This document shows, in pieces, positions 63,501 to 64,000 of a DNA stretch of 64,000 nucleotides. Origin of the DNA: an uncultured Clostridia bacterium (GTDB lineage: Bacteria; Bacillota; Clostridia; TANB77; CAG-508); the NCBI GenBank assembly GCA_947627185.1, contig CANQVF010000006.1:3208-67207 (forward strand). Reading direction: 5' to 3'. Within the stretch, counting starts at the first letter, position 1. The number at the start of each line of letters is the position of its first letter. The notes beneath the pieces are model-generated. The model did not search any database, was not told the DNA's origin, and worked only from the letters and a program-made list of their open reading frames with translations. The position numbers were made by a program, and so were the translations under genes.

Positions 63501-64000
63501 TAAAAATACAATTTTAACAAATGAAGGCGAAAGAAATCTGGAAAATGATGATGATATGGAAAACAGAGAAGGTTTTAATTATTCTAGATTAATAAATTTT
63601 GGAGTAAGAAATACAGACACAGATTTTATAGTTCAATTAAATAATGATACAGAATTAATAACACCAAATTGGCTTGAAAAAATGGTTGGATTTTGTCAAA
63701 GAAAAGATGTTGGTGCTGTTGGGGTAAAATTATATTATCCAGATGAAACGATACAACATGCAGGAATTATGGTAGGATGTCTTCAGGTAGCAGCACATAT
63801 CTTTAGGGGATTACCTAAGAAAAATCTTGGATATTTTGGAAGAGAAAATTTAATACAAAATATGAATGCAGTTACAGCAGCTTGCATAATGACAAAAAAA
63901 TCTATATTTGAAGAAGTTGGTTATATGAATGAAAAATTTGCTGTAGCATTTAATGATATAGATTTTTGTTTAAGAATTAGAAAAAAAGGATATTTAATTA
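60514..64000 (+). CDS. Multidomain glycan polymerase/terminator: degenerate methyltransferase, kinase-like, coiled coil, GT2, GT2 (partial, not in ORF track)
   Basis: Open from ATG 60514 to window end; GMKYWSG, FYYPLPDY, DLIFQN/YDQEW, SLSWKITKPLR, PKISIIIPLYNT, LDHDD, PKVSILIP, LNND. Confidence 0.9.
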   Translation, partial: MENLLSQFKKNIISWYPIEEKQKVLEIENSEEVVKELKKKTSEVVSIDLKHISNAPKNEFDYVVLIGILEKLSTENEILKVLNCASKSLKQNGKILLAMKNKFGMKYWSGEKFNSKVESYDTIENSNENVLSITKIKKILNNLNLKYKFYYPLPDYELTNVIYTDEFMPSNDSIDSRVITYCESGKILNFSERKAYKQLIENDDKLFPFFSNSFFIEIANSYENIKYVSYSITRKEDYRIKTIIEKNYAFKYADNDNSLKHIKNIARNIEVLENSNIKCLDKYENNKIISNYLEDAKSYDKILIDIYNKDGLNSVIEKIKEFQHLILDKLEKNGDSKNSIFEKYEITIDEEMKKNLHFIKDGVIDLIFQNCLVKNENLFCYDQEWYEENVPVEFILYRAIFYFTELKKCENIDEIYKKLDLYNYANVFEQLENKIQENILDKKIWNLHANSVKDIGKIDLILKNYEDRISATNNHIENLESSIENLESNIEQYEKSIKDYKDIVVDLNKMVKDKDVAIVDLNKIMHDKNITIDDLNKLLQDKDVELVNYANQLRTISNSLSWKITKPLRIFSWMFNPFNGASFIDRIMPPGGKRRIEYDRKQTEKKYAKKVENYFKLSDEETAEFWKGIDHRKYLKYEKNLERKEKDELSDYEKWIEENTPNDQEIEQQEKTRFRKRPKISIIIPLYNTDTEYFRELLYTVHSQTYKKWELCLADGSEKPLDDIISMTKNDKRIKYKFLGENKGISENTNQAIAMATGDYISLLDHDDILDISALYEVVKVINENKDVDFIYSDEDKFQVMDEPYYEPHFKPDYAPDTLRANNYICHYSVFKKKLMDKIGKFDSNYNGAQDFDIILKATENAKKIVHIPKVLYHWRVHKGSTSMETEAKPYAIDAGKRAVEDHLKRIGLKGKVSNGVNPGTYQIEYDIIGNPKVSILIPNRNGIDLLKTCIESVISKTTYSNYEIVIIENNSNEEKIFNYYKKLVKNPKIKVLNYNKNTILTNEGERNLENDDDMENREGFNYSRLINFGVRNTDTDFIVQLNNDTELITPNWLEKMVGFCQRKDVGAVGVKLYYPDETIQHAGIMVGCLQVAAHIFRGLPKKNLGYFGRENLIQNMNAVTAACIMTKKSIFEEVGYMNEKFAVAFNDIDFCLRIRKKGYLI
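61939..62148 (+). repeat. Coding tandem repeats (21-nt and 42-nt units) in coiled coil
   Basis: IENLESS/IENLESN/IEQYEKS, then three copies of xxDLNKxxxDKxxx. Confidence 0.8.

Overview
Very AT-rich chromosomal segment of a spore-forming Clostridia-type firmicute (spoIVA, gerKA/KB/KC, class D sortase). The left half is housekeeping and sporulation: M23 peptidase, tRNA-Trp, a sortase with its substrate, ger operon, spoIVA, MacAB/YknXYZ-type exporter, acyl-CoA ligase, dxs, cdd, glgP, cmk, plsC, typA, glmU. The right half (about 34.7-64 kb) is a surface-glycan locus: rmlDACB, a PglF/PglE/PglC-like set, a phase-variable acyltransferase, ATP-grasp/PLP/GNAT modifiers, GT-C-like membrane proteins, galE, wzm/wzt and a WsaE/WbdD-like multidomain protein that runs off the window. 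No transposase, integrase or CRISPR array was seen. The strongest signal is that two otherwise intact genes (gerKA and the acyltransferase) break at an in-frame CGG codon, and skipping its C gives a Gly codon and a full-length protein. In-frame CGG seems otherwise absent from conserved genes here (by-eye scan), so this is a candidate codon-triggered +1 recoding system. Other notable items: tRNA-Trp with an unpaired 27:43 position, two structured RNAs in a small secreted-protein cluster whose first gene appears to start at ATA, and a 187-bp rod-like palindrome.
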